From NCBI GenBank assembly GCA_020137815.1, contig CM035355.1:5332001-5396000 (forward strand): a stretch of DNA of 64,000 bases, read 5' to 3'. Positions 1 through 13,405 of the stretch are shown here, in pieces. The stretch's first letter is position 1. Each line of letters opens with the position of its first letter. The notes below the pieces were generated by a model. It was not told the DNA's origin. It did no database searches and saw only the letters and a program-made list of their open reading frames with translations. A program made the translations under genes and the position numbers. The stretch is from Hormiphora californensis. Its lineage: Eukaryota; Animalia; Ctenophora.

Positions 1-245
1 GTCATAAATCGTTTGACGTACTATTTGGGCTTCTATGACAATTTTAGTTCCGAAAAACCCTCTAAAAAACTTTAAAGTCGATTTTCTCGAAACTTAAAAA
101 ATGCAAATACTTCATTCTAAAAAAAAGGGGCAGTATTATCGATAGAGTGGAAAGATCGAATCCCGGATACTCATTTTTTAGCATGGCGGCATGTTTTGAC
201 ACTTATCGAGATCAGTAAGCACAGGTCTTCCAACAGACCTGTTAG
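1..245. mobile_element. Probable terminal part of a non-autonomous DNA element ending in a hairpin (Helitron/Helentron-like end)
   Basis: ACAGGTCT (221-228) and AGACCTGT (235-242) form a hairpin followed by TAG; the other end is outside the window. Confidence 0.3.
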
Positions 246-567
246 ACTTTCCCTGATAAAGTAATAATGAATATACTATTGTTATCTTTCAAAAAGGGTA
301 ATAATAATCAGTAAATAAAGTTGATTGCTTTGTAACTTGCAGTATTAATTTATTCCTATTATTTTATCATCTTTTAGGTGAGTGGTGGAATATACGAGCA
401 CAGTACTGAGGCAGAGAAATATCGTATTATAGCTTCATATGGTTTTGAAAGAGTAAACGGGACATTTGGTGTGATTAGCATGTAAGACCTCAACGGCCAC
501 CGAAACAGAGAAACCCGAGAGGGATAATAGCCGATTTCTCGGATGTTGAGCAACCATAGATTATAAA

Positions 568-915
568 ATGATGAATACAATAATAAATACGAAGGAACCC
601 TTCGGAAGGGTCAGAGGTATGTATTTCTCTTTACATTCCTAAGAGTCATCAAATTATTTTTCTAGGTCTCAACAAAGATGATGGGATAATGGATACAAAG
701 TGTAGACTGTGTGAAGTGGTGTTTCCCAACATAATCAGCAGGCAGACACATCAAAATGGAGCGAGACACATGAAGGCGGTGTTGGTCAACCACAAAATTA
801 TTCCCAGCCAGGTATTCCAACAACCCTAGCTGTTATTAGTTAAATTAGTTATTAGTATCTTAGACTATAGTTTGTTCTGCAAAACTCTAACACTGTATTC
901 TCTTCCTAGATCTAA
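568..915 (+). CDS. Small spliced U1/matrin-type C2H2 zinc-finger protein (~66 aa) or gene fragment
   Basis: Exons 568-616, 666-811, 910-915 joined by GT..AG introns give MMNTIINTKEPFGRVRGLNKDDGIMDTKCRLCEVVFPNIISRQTHQNGARHMKAV..., with CxxC-x12-H-x5-H spacing. Confidence 0.5.
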
Positions 916-1167
916 TACTGAGACTCAGAGAAATCCTTTGGAACATTTTGGTTCATATCTTGTCAATGACACTTACTGACTGCTACATAGTCAGCTATAC
1001 TATTGCTTTTATTATTAGATATTTTTTGTAAAAACTAGGTTTTGCCTTCTCATTCTACCCCCACACCCCTGCCCCTTTAAATCCCACATAATAGTAATAC
1101 TCAACTAACCAACTTTAATATCTAGCAAGATGTCTGTTATCGGACTAGAGGGAATTAGCCACCATGG

Positions 1168-1850
1168 TTTTAGACCTACAGAAGTTACGTTTATAGATCT
1201 CTCAGAAGACAAGTTAGAGGTATGCCCATCCGATAGCCGATTTCTCGGATGTTGAGCAACCCTAGATTATAAAATAATGAATACAATAATAAATAAGAAG
1301 GAACCCTTCGGAAGGGTCAGAGGTATGTATTTCTCCAGAACTGAATAGAAAATGCAGTAGCAACACCATGTGGACAAATCTTTCATGGCATTGAACGCGG
1401 TTAGAAGAAGATTATTACTGGGATCGATGAGAAAGTGTTTCCCATGCGGGATTTGTTCGGATTTCTTACTGGTATGATATCCAGAACTACCGGTGACTAA
1501 GCCACAAAGAATTATCCGCACCAATGTTAATTCCGGATCTACAAGTAAATAGGGAAGGCCGTCTGCAGCTGAGGGCACAATTCGAAACGCGAGGACCTCC
1601 TCCCGGAACGGGCATAGTCGAGGTCTTTTTGTATGAAGAATGCAATACTAGTAACTAAAATAGCTAGTGCATTCGACCATTGTTTTAATAAGGAGAAGTA
1701 TCGTATCATATCCATTATCCTCACATATATGTGTACACGGAACATTAATTTTATCATTAGTAGTCATTAGGGAATTAGGTGTGTTACAGGGGGGTGTTTA
1801 TGGTTTTCATAAAGGATGACTGGAATTGATGTCACCGTTCACCTCACTTA
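1168..1850 (+). repeat. Dispersed direct repeat, copy 1 (copy 2 at ~2927-3608 plus 4959-5075, interrupted by insertions)
   Basis: High identity by eye over ~650 bp; copy 1 provides the empty sites for the insertions at 3123-3221 and 3609-4958. Confidence 0.9.
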
Positions 1851-1952
1851 TAGCTGTGGATCCTGCGTGGAACTACTAACAAAGGAAAAATTACCGTTTA
1901 GTACAGTAGTAAGCAGTAGTTTTTCCTCTGTTAGTTCATTTGAAATCTTCAG

Positions 1953-2115
1953 ATACCTGGCCGAGTTGGCGGATAAATACAGCATCAAAGATCGCCGAGG
2001 GAGGGATCGCCGAGATTGGAAAAAGGTGGCCAGCGCCTTTAACGGTATCTTCAGAACAGATCACTCCCCTGAGGTTATCCGGAATCGCTGGAGGTTATAC
2101 TTAGGCGACAAGAAA
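1953..2115 (+). CDS. Exon encoding a Myb/SANT-like helix-turn-helix fragment
   Basis: DWKKVASAFNGIFRTDHSPEVIRNRW between acceptor CTTCAG (ends 1952) and donor GTAAGT (2116); a partial copy lies at ~6155-6225. Confidence 0.45.
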
Positions 2116-2319
2116 GTAAGTTTGTGTAGGTCCACTGGACATTAGTTAATGCAATAGTTGTAGAGTGGGAAATCGGCATGCTCTACAGGTATCCCAGCTA
2201 AGCATAAGTGGTTGTGGGTGATTACACTTCCACAAGAGGAGATATCGAGAGAATGTAGTTTGTTTGTGTGTGTTGAGGAATATGTTGTCATGTTGTATAT
2301 TTGAGCACGTACAGATTCT

Positions 2320-2784
2320 GTGAGAGAACAGAGAAGAGGGACAAGAGGAGGGTTTACTGAGAGATTGGCGAGAGAGGAGGCCGAACGGCAGCGGCGGGAG
2401 GCAGAAGAGAGAGAGAGAGAAGCAGAGAGAGAGAGGCTTAGGGCACTGTCCGCCCTCCGAGCCCGGGAGGCAAAGGAAGAGATGAGGCGAGAGGAAGAGA
2501 GAAAAGAGAGGTTGAGGGCTCACGGTATCTCTAACTCGGGGAATACGAGCTACTTGGGTTATGCCCGTACCCTGAGTGCCAAAAGATTCACGAGGGAGAC
2601 GTGGGAGGTAGTGGTAGGGGCGGCTAAGGGCCGTGATGAGGACGCTCTCATAGAGGTGGTGATGCGTCACCTTAGACTGGTGGACCCACTCCAACAGGAG
2701 TACACTGATTGCCACCGTTGTGGGAAATTGGGGCATCAGGCCGCACGGTGCGGGAGGGGCTTCGACATAAGAGGACGCCGATAG
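2320..2784 (+). CDS. Coiled-coil plus CCHC zinc-knuckle protein (TE-associated, gag-like)
   Basis: E/R-rich helical segment, then CHRCGKLGHQAARC = CX2CX4HX4C. Confidence 0.6.
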   Translation: MREQRRGTRGGFTERLAREEAERQRREAEEREREAERERLRALSALRAREAKEEMRREEERKERLRAHGISNSGNTSYLGYARTLSAKRFTRETWEVVVGAAKGRDEDALIEVVMRHLRLVDPLQQEYTDCHRCGKLGHQAARCGRGFDIRGRR

Positions 2785-3122
2785 ATTGGGGGGTCATCGA
2801 GGTCATCGGAGGGGTGCAACTGCCGCACCGGAGACCGGATACCATGAAGGGCCTCTAACTTGTACTGACTTGTTATTAGTAACTCTGAGTCCTGCGGATT
2901 GTTTATGCGGGAACAATAATTATTTTTTTAGACCAACAGAAGTAACGTTCATCGATCTCTCAGAAGACAGCCGATTTCTCGGATGTTGAGCAACCATAGA
3001 TTATAAAATAATGAATACAATAATAAATACGATGGAACCCTTCGGGAGGGTCAGAGGTATGTATTTCCAGAACGGAATACAATAGAAAATGCAGTAGCAA
3101 CACCATGTGGACAATGGACATA

Positions 3123-3221
3123 CAGTCGGACCCCGATTTAACGGCATCCTCGGGGGAAAGGGTTTTGTCCGTTAAATCGGGGTGCCGCTAAATCGGGGGC
3201 CGTTAAATCGGGGTCCGACTG
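3123..3221. mobile_element. 99-bp MITE, Tc1/mariner-pogo type
   Basis: TIRs CAGTCGGACCCCGATTTAACGG / CCGTTAAATCGGGGTCCGACTG, TA on both sides; absent from the paralogous site at ~1375. Confidence 0.92.
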
Positions 3222-3608
3222 TATATCTTTTATGGCATTGAACGTGGGTAGAAGAAGATTATTACTGGGATCGATGAGAAAGTGTTTCCCATACGGGATT
3301 TGTTCGGATTTCTTACTGGTATGATATCCAGAACTACCGGTGGCTGAGCCACAAAGAATTATCCGCACCAATGTTAATTCCGGATCTACAAGTAAATAGG
3401 GAAGGCCGTCTGCAGTTGAGGGCACAATTCGAAACGCGAGGACCTCTTCCCGGGAGTTGGAATAATTTAGCAGCTGAAACGGGCATAGTCGAGGTCTTTT
3501 TGTATGAAGAATGCAATACTAGTAACTAAAATAGCTAGTTCATTCGACCATTGTTTTAATAAGGAGAAGTATCGTATCATATCCATTATCCTCACATATA
3601 TATGTGTA

Positions 3609-4958
3609 TTTTTAGTCCAAAAACCAATTAAATAAATTAGTTTGGATGCCCGGGCCCATTTGGTGTCACGGGGGTAAAACCTTTAGGCTACTGTCATAAA
3701 TAATGGCATATCTCGTTTATTTTTCAATAAACATCTCTCGTTTTTCTTTTCTCTTTCTCTCCCTCCCTCTATCTCTTTCTCCCTCTTTCTCCCTCTTTCT
3801 CCCACTCTCCACGGTCCACCTCCATATCTTCCTCTTTCTCTTTTTTTCTCTTTTTTATTTATATTTCTCTTACTATCTCTCCGTCTTTCTCGATATATCT
3901 CACTCTTTATATCACAACTTGTTTTCCGTTATCTCTCTCGATATCCATCATTTATGACAGTAGCCTAAAGGTTTTACCCCCGTGACACCAAATGGGCCCG
4001 GGCATCCAAACTAATTTATTTAATTGGTTTTTGGACTAAATTTCTGATCTTTTTGGTGTAAAAAAGAGACTGCTTTTTTCCTGATTTTATTTTGGGATCT
4101 GAATGCTACATAAATATGCAAATAACGGCTAAACGGTGCGAGATACGAATTTTTGTCCGGGGGACGACCCCCCATAAATCGACTATTTTAAGTCGGCATA
4201 TACCCAAGAAAACGTTCTAGGGTCAGCCGAAGTGGAAATTTTAAAGAATATGCATAAATTTGAGCATAAATATGCAAATAACGGCTAAACGGTGCGAGAT
4301 ACGAATTTTTCTCTAGGGGACGACCCCCCATAAATCGATTATTTTGAGTCGGAATATACCCAAGAAAACGTTCTAGGGTCAGCCGAAGTGGAGATATAAT
4401 GCAATTAAGTTATTAAAATGAATAATTAATGAATAATTAATGAATAATTAATGAACGATGGCGATTTCGAAGTTTTCACATAGCCTATACCACGCCAAAT
4501 AATGCAAGGAACCAATGTTCCAAACGGCAAGTCTCTACTATTTGTGGTTTAGGAGAACACTCAAAGTCCTCCCCCTCCCCCTCCCCTCCCATCCCTTACA
4601 TTTTTGCATTTTGGGACCCCTCTGGCAAATTTTTACCTTCCATCCGATCATTCTGAAATTTTGTATGCCTCTTCTCCTATATGAGGGCCCTCAGAGTACA
4701 AAATTTCATCCCTCTACTTCATCTGGAACATGCATTTTTAAAGCATCAAAAACCCCGAAATTTGCAATGGTATATAGTAGCACTGGCAGGTTAACGCGCT
4801 TGTGTGTAGAAGTGTTGCGTGTGCTCTCTCTTTTATTTTTTGAGAATTGAGTTAGAGGGTATTTCTAAGGTGGGGGCTCTGCCCCCACACCCCCGTTTAA
4901 GGTGGGGGCTGCGCCCCCACACCCCCCTTTTGGGCCCGGGGCACTTGCCAGTGCTATG
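3609..4958. mobile_element. ~1.35 kb composite non-autonomous insertion
   Basis: Absent from the paralogous site at ~1735. Contains a 91-bp inverted repeat (3611-3701 / 3950-4040) around a CT-rich spacer, a 156-bp-period direct repeat (4109-4236 / 4265-4392), and a terminal module with TAGCACTGGCA/TGCCAGTGCTA (4778-4788 / 4946-4956) enclosing two GGGGGC..GCCCCC hairpins. Confidence 0.75.
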
Positions 4959-6540
4959 ACACGGAACATTAATTTTATTATAAGTAGTCATTGGAGAATT
5001 AGGTGTGTTAGAAGGGGGTATTCATGGTTCTCATAAAAGATGGCTGGAATTGATGTCACCATTCACCTCACCTGCTGTTGGTGGTACGGCGCGGTGACAC
5101 CAGACTACTACCGTCGGAGGTGGTTACAGGTTATTAGAGAGAATAGTAGTAGCTGGAATAGCAAGACATCATGCTGTTCCACGACCCAGAATATAATAAT
5201 TAGTAATATAAGAAAACTCTCCAGCGAGAACAAGAAAGAGCAGAACACCAGATCAACCAAATCTGGTAATATCGTTATGGGCGACCTGGCAACCAGTCTT
5301 GAAGGGACAGTCAGCTGTCAGACCTCCTATGAAAAAGAAACCCCGTAAGCAACAGGGTGACGCCTCAACAGCTGCAAAAGTGCCGAAAGCCGGCACTTAA
5401 TAGGTACAATAGAAAATAATTAATTGTATTAATTAACTGGAATTGTCACCGTTCACCTCACCTATAGCTGCTGTGGGTGGTACGGTGAGTGGTGACACTA
5501 TACTACTACCGTCGGAGGTGCTTACAGGTTATTAGAGATGCTGGACAACAGAAACAGCTGAAACTGGAGGCTGAGTTGGCAAAGAAGCAAAAAGCCCCTA
5601 ATAAGATGACTTGACAAGATGAAGGAGAAAACCACGGCAGTAGCGTTGAGGATGAGTCACACTTCCTGGCAGATTGCATATGGGGCATTGCAGAGATAGA
5701 GAAAAGGGTTTGCTGAGGTGGAAAAGTATCTGATAATAGCTTCATATATGGTTTTGAAAGAGTAAACGGAACATTTGGTATTATTAGAGAACTAAGTGAG
5801 AGCAAACGGTATTCATAGTTCTCATCAATTGGAATTAATGTCACCGTTCACCCCACCTAGATACGTGTGGTTGTTATACTGTGTGATTTTAAATGACTGA
5901 GACTGGTATATTGCGAATTGCGTGAAAACTATGGCATCTTTCGACTTCAAATTTTGGGACATGATAAAACTAGGTTGTAGCAATTTTCTCCTAGTTTTAC
6001 AGCAAATTTCAATGTTCCTGAATGAATCTATTGTATTTAAAAAAAGGGTAATTATAATGTTTAAATTAGCTGGAAACAGTATTCAGGAAAGAATCATGAC
6101 CTGATATATGCCAGACCGGAATAATTGAAAATTTACCTGCAACCAGCCTTAACCTGGAAAAAGGTGGCCAGCGCCTTAAACGTTATCTTCAGAACAGATC
6201 ACTGCACCGAGGTTATCCGGAATCTCTTTCTCTGGGACCGCTCTTGTGTGGTAGTCGAATACTCGTTGTGACGAGCGAAAGTCCATCATATCCAAGAACA
6301 GACAGGCCGCCTGTTCTTGAGTCGGCACAATGTACATTCCAATGCACCGACCATTCATTCCTGTCCATCTTGAGCTGAATCCCCATCATGCACCTTCACA
6401 TTAGCACCAGTATCATTCTGGACAGATTCCATTCCAATACCCCTTTCTTTGATTCACCACAAGTGGCTACAAGGAACTATTATACAATATATTCTAAAGC
6501 TTTTAGTTTATAAATCATTTTCATAATCACACCATGTTAA

Positions 6541-7333
6541 TAGTAGAGTCGATAACTACATCGACCTCTCCCAATTGTTCCAGTTTTTGTCACACCTGTT
6601 TGGAGCCTCGACACGACCTCTAAACAGGTGTTACTTTTTCACAAACTGTTTTCATCATGGTGTAATCAGCAGTTGAAATGTTGCTGATCATAACAAAAAC
6701 CGAACTATTTTTTTTCAACTTGGGGTAAAACCATGGGTGTCAAAAGTTAGCTCTAGGTCCCCTGAGTAACCATCCGGAGACTCTAAGAGATATTTCAAGC
6801 CGTTCTCCCGTAATCATTAATCCCGGTGGAGAAAAAAACACAATGCGGACGTACGTGAGCGCTGGCAGGCTGTTTACATGTTATTGTATGTCTCTCACTC
6901 TCTCTGGAAAAACCGCACGTGCGGTTGAGCCGCGCGAGATAACTCTTTCTCAAGGGGGAGAAAAGAGAGAGACGCACATTAACGTTATACATTAAAGTTG
7001 AGGTTGTAGGCAATTGCACGTACGTCCATACTCAAATATGTGCTCTACCGGGATTAATGATTACTGGAGAACGGCTTGAAATATCTCTTAGAGTCTCCGG
7101 ATGGTTACTCAGGGGACCTAGAGCTAACTTTTGACACCCATGGTTTTACCCCAAGTTGAAAAAAAATAGTTCGGTTTTTGTTATGATCAGCAACATTTCA
7201 ACTGCTGATTACACCATGATGAAAACAGTTTGTGAAAAAGTAACACCTGTTTAGAGGTCGTGTCGAGGCTCCAAACAGGTGTGACAAAAGCTGGAACAAT
7301 TGGGAGAGGTCGATGTAGTTATCGACTCTACTA
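6541..7333. mobile_element. Foldback non-autonomous DNA transposon, ~290-bp TIRs, TAG..CTA ends, 3-bp TSD (TAA)
   Basis: 6541-6831 is the reverse complement of 7043-7333; TAA flanks both ends; empty site ATGTTAAGGTTCCAG at ~8264. Confidence 0.93.
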
Positions 7334-7431
7334 TAAGGTTCCAGTATGTCATGAACTTCTGCCAAGCCAAGTCTGGCGAACTTTCCAAAAAATGATAATG
7401 AGATCAGATTTGTTCATCCTCTTCTTCCATT

Positions 7432-7665
7432 ATGCAATTCAAACACCCAGACACTGATCTCCGACCTTTGAGTTTGTATTGTTCAGTTTGCGTGAACACC
7501 ATTGTTGCTGTTGAAACCCCGTTAGCGGTTACTATTTGTAACCACTACTTTTGTGCAACTTGCTTGTTGGAATGGCTTTTGGTTACCTCTGAAGAGGGCA
7601 CCTGTCCCTATTGTCGAAGGAAGGTGGACCGCATCCGACTGGTTAGTTTCTTTTCTCACCTATAG
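7432..7665 (+). CDS. Small C3HC4 RING-finger protein or exon
   Basis: CSVC...ICNHYFCATCLLEW...CPYCR has the full RING-HC cysteine/histidine pattern. Confidence 0.7.
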   Translation: MQFKHPDTDLRPLSLYCSVCVNTIVAVETPLAVTICNHYFCATCLLEWLLVTSEEGTCPYCRRKVDRIRLVSFFSHL

Positions 7666-8529
7666 GTGTGACACCAGACAACTACCGTCGGAGGTGGTTA
7701 CAGGTTATTAACTGATAAATTAGAGAGAATAGTTGGAGTAGCTGGAGTAGCAAGACACCTTTTCCACGACCCAAAATATAATAATTAGTAATATAATTTT
7801 ACATGATCATTTACAGCTAATTATTATTTTCCCAGGATCGTTTTTTGGAGGAGTTGTATTAACGTCGGCGGACCTTGCTTTCTCTACACCATGGTCCTAT
7901 CCCACTCTCTTGGCATAGAGACAATTTTAGACGTGTCTGTCTGCTCATCAGAAGAGAGCCGTTTAATCGACGAGAGATATGGAGCAGAGATGAGGAGTGC
8001 ATCACACGCCACAACCGGAGCCACACTTACTTCCTCAACCGGGCCAGACTGGCATCCAGCCCTGAAGACCTGGCGGACCTCCTAGTACATGGTGCAGCGG
8101 TAGTCAGCGGGGAGGCAGCCCAGGTGTGAACATGAGCAAACTACTAATGTACGACTTCCACTACAATGGCCCCTTTCTTTGATTCACCACAAGTGGCCAC
8201 AAGGGACTATTATACAATATATTCTAAAGCTTTTAGTTTATAAATCATTTTCATAATCATATTATGTTAAGGTTCCAGTATGTCATGAACTTCTGCCAAG
8301 CCAAGTCTGGGACCCCCCCCCCCCCCCGGCACTCACCCAAGAATGGTGTTACAATGGTGTTTTCTCACAAGTACTTCAAGCATCATACTATATATTCAAC
8401 CTCAACAAACGGCGATAAATTTTGATTATTTCATTTATTTCTTTTTCCATTATGCAATTCAAACACCCAGACACTGGTCTACGCCGTGCATAGAGACACT
8501 TTTAGACGTGTTGTTAGTGACTTTAGGAA

Positions 8530-9690
8530 AGCAGTTATAGAGATCCCGAAAAGTGTAGAAAGACCTCAACGGGCACCATGCTGTTCCACGAGCCAGAATA
8601 GAATAATTTATAAGATAATTAAATACATACGAAAGAAAGAGGAGCAACCTCAAGACGACCGAGACTCTCAGAAGCGACTGCAGTCATTCAAGAGAAAGTA
8701 TTTAGAACTGTGAGGACAGATCATGTATCAAACTCCGCGATCAAGGCGATTTCATGGTGGATAAGTCCTCGTTCGAACCAATAATGAACTATTGGAAGGA
8801 GATTGGTGTAGATGAACTGAGATGGCCTCCCATGAGGATTGGAGGAGAGTCAAGTTCCAATGTTTACATTCTGCGATAGTCCCTAATGGGCTTGCCGCAG
8901 GCAAGCCCAGGCACTCTGAGTAGTAGTAGTAGTAAGTCATATAATATCATGTATCGTAAGTTCACGTGTATGAACTAAACTGTCATAAAATCGACACTAC
9001 CGATAACTAGGACACATTGCCATGAAACAAGCATTAACAGAGTCGACACACTAGTAGTCGACATTCGACATGTACCTAATGCAGCGATGCAGTAGCTCAT
9101 TATATATCGGATTCAACATGGCAGTCTCAACAAAGAGCAGCTGGGAAAATTGCTTCTGGACTTAAGCAAAATACTGATGTACGAGTTCCATTACAATATG
9201 CCCCTTTCTTTGATTCACCACAGGTGGCTACAAGGGACTATTATACAATATATTCTAAAGCTTTAAGTTTATAAATCATTTTCATAAGAATAAAAATTAA
9301 TAAATCATCATGCTTGATACTAGCGACTAGTGATTTGTTCATCCTCTTCTTCAATTATGCAATTCAAACACCCAGACAATGGAAAACAGTTATAGAGATC
9401 CCGAAAAGTTCACAAAGACCTCAACGGGCACTATGCTGTTCCACGAGCCAGAATAAAATAATTGGTAAATTAATTATTATTATAAACATACTGAAATATG
9501 AGCAATCTCAAGACCGCATAAAGACGACCGAGACTCTCAGAAGCGACTGCAGTCATTCAAGAGAAAATATTTAGAACTGTGAGGACAGATCATGTATCGT
9601 AAGTTCACGTGTATGAACTAAACTGTCATAAAATCGACATTACCTATAGCTGGGACACGGCCATGAAATAAGAATTAACAGAGTCGACAT
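8530..9690 (+). repeat. Direct repeats of patchwork modules
   Basis: ~8530-8730 resembles ~9385-9600; ~8948-9050 resembles ~9590-9690; the CCCCTTTCTTTTGATTCACCAC..TTTTCATAA block recurs at ~6440, ~8170 and ~9200. Confidence 0.85.
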
Positions 9691-12600
9691 GTACAGTGCA
9701 ACTACTTATAAACATACATACAACTTAATATAACCCCCCACCTCGCCCCCCCCTATTCCTACACCCCTGAACCACACTATGACACAATCTTTCCTTTTCA
9801 GTATATAGTCTTCAATTAGACTGGTAACGTGACGGCAAGGGGGTTGTGGAACACAGATAAGAGTCCCTGAGATTGCTGAGTTCCCGGAGATCGCGGAGTT
9901 CCCTGACCTGCCTGAGGTCCCTGAGTTCCCTGACCTGCCTGAGGTCCCAGAGTCAGATGGAGAAGCCCCCACGATTGCTGGTAAATACTGGACCTACACA
10001 ACAGAGCTCCCTCACGTCCCTATATCGAACAATCAAATGAAACGGACAGTGTGTGTCGCTGTGCTGTGAGTTGGAGTTACTTTTTTTTTTTAAATTTATT
10101 TTCACGCCCCTCAAAAAAAGTCCATATATGGAGACGGAGAAAGACAAGGAGGGCTGTCTCATGTCTGAGGAATCATCCACTCGACAAGACAGTCGTATAA
10201 TATATATATTCTAAAGCTTTTAGTTTATAAATCATTTTCATAAGAAAACTAAATCACTATGCTAGCGACACTATCAGTAATATATCGGAGTGATGGCTTG
10301 CCTTGCCTTGCTTCACGATACACGGAAAACAAATATAAACTTTTCAGCTACCGGATCTAGCCCCACAACAGAGGGATTCGATGATGATGATGAACAACAC
10401 ACGGAACGACACACGGAACGAGCCGTACTCTACAAAACCAGTAGAGCCATTATACTGAAGGGAATTAGCTCTGATATACTAATTGTATTTGGAAGATAAA
10501 TATAAATTATTCACATTTCAATTATCATAACATAATAATTTCTATTAGAATGGCGCTGGTGACGTATTATAGCCGTGTTTTGTCCCAACTGCAGACGCTA
10601 CCTGGCCAATCTGATAGCTGGATTCCCAGGCGAAGCGGATGGTGGTATGAGATGTCCCAGACTGTGGTGGAGCAGTTTGGGGTTTCGGTGAACCCCGTGA
10701 CTGTAAGTCGTTGCGAGTTACAGTTTCAACGAACTGGCACCCCCTGGCTGGTGGAGATAATGGCGTAGGGGCACCTCAGTTTACCAGAGAACTACATTGT
10801 CTCAAGGAACTCAGGAGTCAGAGGAGTCAGAGGAGTCTACAGATGCAGAAGAGACAGAGTCGAGGACTGAGGAGTGACCTAAATTTCCCGGTAGACTCAG
10901 AAATCCCCGTTTAGCCCGTTAAAATAAGAGGTTGAAGTGACAGGATACCCGGTAGCAAGGTTTTGACAACAACTGAGGGTAGACTTGAAGAGACAGAGGT
11001 GCTTGTGAGGAGGTTAACAATCCTGTTTTATTTTTCCGTACTTATTATAATAATGTAACTCTTAAGATATAATTTTTATTCACTTTTTCATCGTGTTGTT
11101 TTCAATTCGCATCTTTTAAATGTAAAATTTGCTGTGTGTCAGTGTCCCAACTTCAATTACCTTTGGCATTTTAACAACTCACATCTTGAATTTGAATTTG
11201 ATCAGCTACTGCATCTTTAAATAAAAACTGTCTGATTACCATGTGTAAGACAACCCCACCTATTAACAATCCCATCCCTTCAATTCAACACTTTCATCAA
11301 CCCAAACCGTCCCTCAATCTCCCGAAATCCCTGCACTCCCTGACACTATCCCTGCTGAAACGACGTCTGATGTCCAACGCATTGCCTTGGCCAACAGGCG
11401 TTGTCCAAGGTACTCCAAGGTACTCATACCATCTCACAACCCATGAGACACCTACTCACGGTAGGCTGGTCTAACATCCCTGAAAAAAAAACCTTATTTC
11501 CCTGAAATCCGCACCATTCACTTTGAAATGTGAGATTCTTTATGGTACCCGGGGCTGGATAAAGACATTGAAAAGGTAGCCACTTTATCTTTCAGGAGAA
11601 CCATTTGCCCTCAAACATGATCCCTATCATCAGGGATCATGTTTGATTATAACCTTTATAACAGACAGGTTTTTCCTAGGGACTAGAAGCTGGAGAGCTA
11701 AGGTTAATAGGTACGTGATAAGAGGCATAATTGACATTAAGGAGGCTCACAATAGACCAATGAGCGAATAGGATACCCAAAAACAGTCAAATAAATGAGA
11801 GGAATAAAGAGACGAGTCAGACACACAGGAAAGGCCAAAGAACGACAGTTATTATGAACCCGACATCTGTGTAAGTTTAATTTATAACAATACATATATA
11901 TATATATATATTTTTCTTCTAATTTTATAAACTAAAGTAATAATATTTTCAGTTGAAAGGTGACTGAGATTTATGAGCCAAATGGGCACGGAGGCACTGT
12001 ACCTGGGCCAAGTAGGGATCAGAGCCTAGATCTCCCTCAATTTGATGTTGGTGTACAGCGGGTACAAACGGAAGAAGTGCATAATTCACAAGTGAGTACT
12101 CCAACCCCTCCAACCCCCCCCCCCCCCCCCCCCGAACCTAATGAAAGAAACAATTAACAAGGGTCACTGAGATTTAGTATAGCTACTCCTTCATTTCTTT
12201 GGTTCATTACAGCGTTCTTGCTTCAGGAACGACCCCCTTTTCAGAACTTGGAGCTCACTCAGTTCACCGTGGAACAGCTGGCATCAACTTCACTAGTGAG
12301 GGTACGACCTTGGGAAGAAACTTGGGAAGAAACGAAGGGAACTTGGGAAGAAACGAAGGGGCGAATTGAAATATCGGATACCCATTACCCACCTTGGAAC
12401 CGGCTCCTTCCGAAATGTGGTGAGGGGCCGCTTGGTAACAGATGGAAAGATTCAACTTGTTCCTGTTGGAGGAAACTATAAGAGAAGGATATGATTGACT
12501 TTATTTTAGTACAAATTAGATTGTTTACTAATGAAGTTCGAATACACACATCTTGCTGCTTTCCAAGCCAAGGCCAAGGACCAAAATTCTTATTGAACGT

Positions 12601-12925
12601 GGTCAAAATGTATGTAAACATATCAGTATATCTCACTCTTATGGACCTGCAATGACCAGTCACAGGGCGGTGAGTTGTAGTGGAGTTTAGAACAGTCTAT
12701 GAATACTAGAAACAAAGACAAGACAAGACAAGAAAAGACAAGACAACAAAATTCCCATTGCAGGCGATTATAACATCCTGTAAAAGTAATTAAGAGTAAA
12801 TAATATAAGTAAGTAATATAAAAGTAAATGAGTTCTTGGTGAGACTAACAATCTGAGTCGATATCACCAGATCTTTATAGCATTTAGCATCTTCGTTTGG
12901 GCTATGACCCGGGGGAACATCATGA

Positions 12926-13405
12926 TCCAATCAACTCTCCAAGCTGTTCCGGAGGTGCCAGGAATGTGGCGAAGAACTTCATAGTCCAATTGGTGGGAGA
13001 TCCCAGTGTATGGCCGCTGTTTACGAGACCAAGTGCAAATGTGGCCCTATTACCTGGAGCACATCGCCAAAGCTTGGTAACAGCTACGAAGTAAACACGA
13101 GAGTAATGGTTGCCATCCCGATTTGCGGTATCCGCTTCACCTCTTTCAAGTACTTCTTTACATCCATCAACACACATGTACCCGACCAGAAAACATACAT
13201 CAAGTACATGCGCCGTGTGCTTTATCCTGCAATCGACCGCCTCTTCACGGAGATGCAGGTTGATGTTATAAAAGACTTGACTGCGAGATTCCCCGATGGG
13301 GCTACTGTTTCGGGGGACGCTCAGTTCGACTCCATGGGGCAATGTGCATATTATGCAACGTATTCATTGATGGGGCCAGATGGGAGAGACATTTATATTG
13401 CTTAG
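12926..13405 (+). pseudogene. N-terminal fragment of a DDE transposase, Kolobok-like
   Basis: LFRRCQECG...CKCG..WSTSP cysteine module followed by VSGDAQFDSMGQCAYYATYSLM, which resembles the GDGRCDSPGxxAKYxTY first catalytic Asp motif of Kolobok-type transposases; stops shortly after. Confidence 0.7.

Noticed and set aside
1350-1480. ATPCGQIFH / CFPCGIC RING-like remnant
   Set aside because: Interrupted by stops and too short to call.
9706-10001. G/S/T/Q repeat ORFs
   Set aside because: Arise from a short 27-bp/9-bp tandem repeat; no domain evidence.
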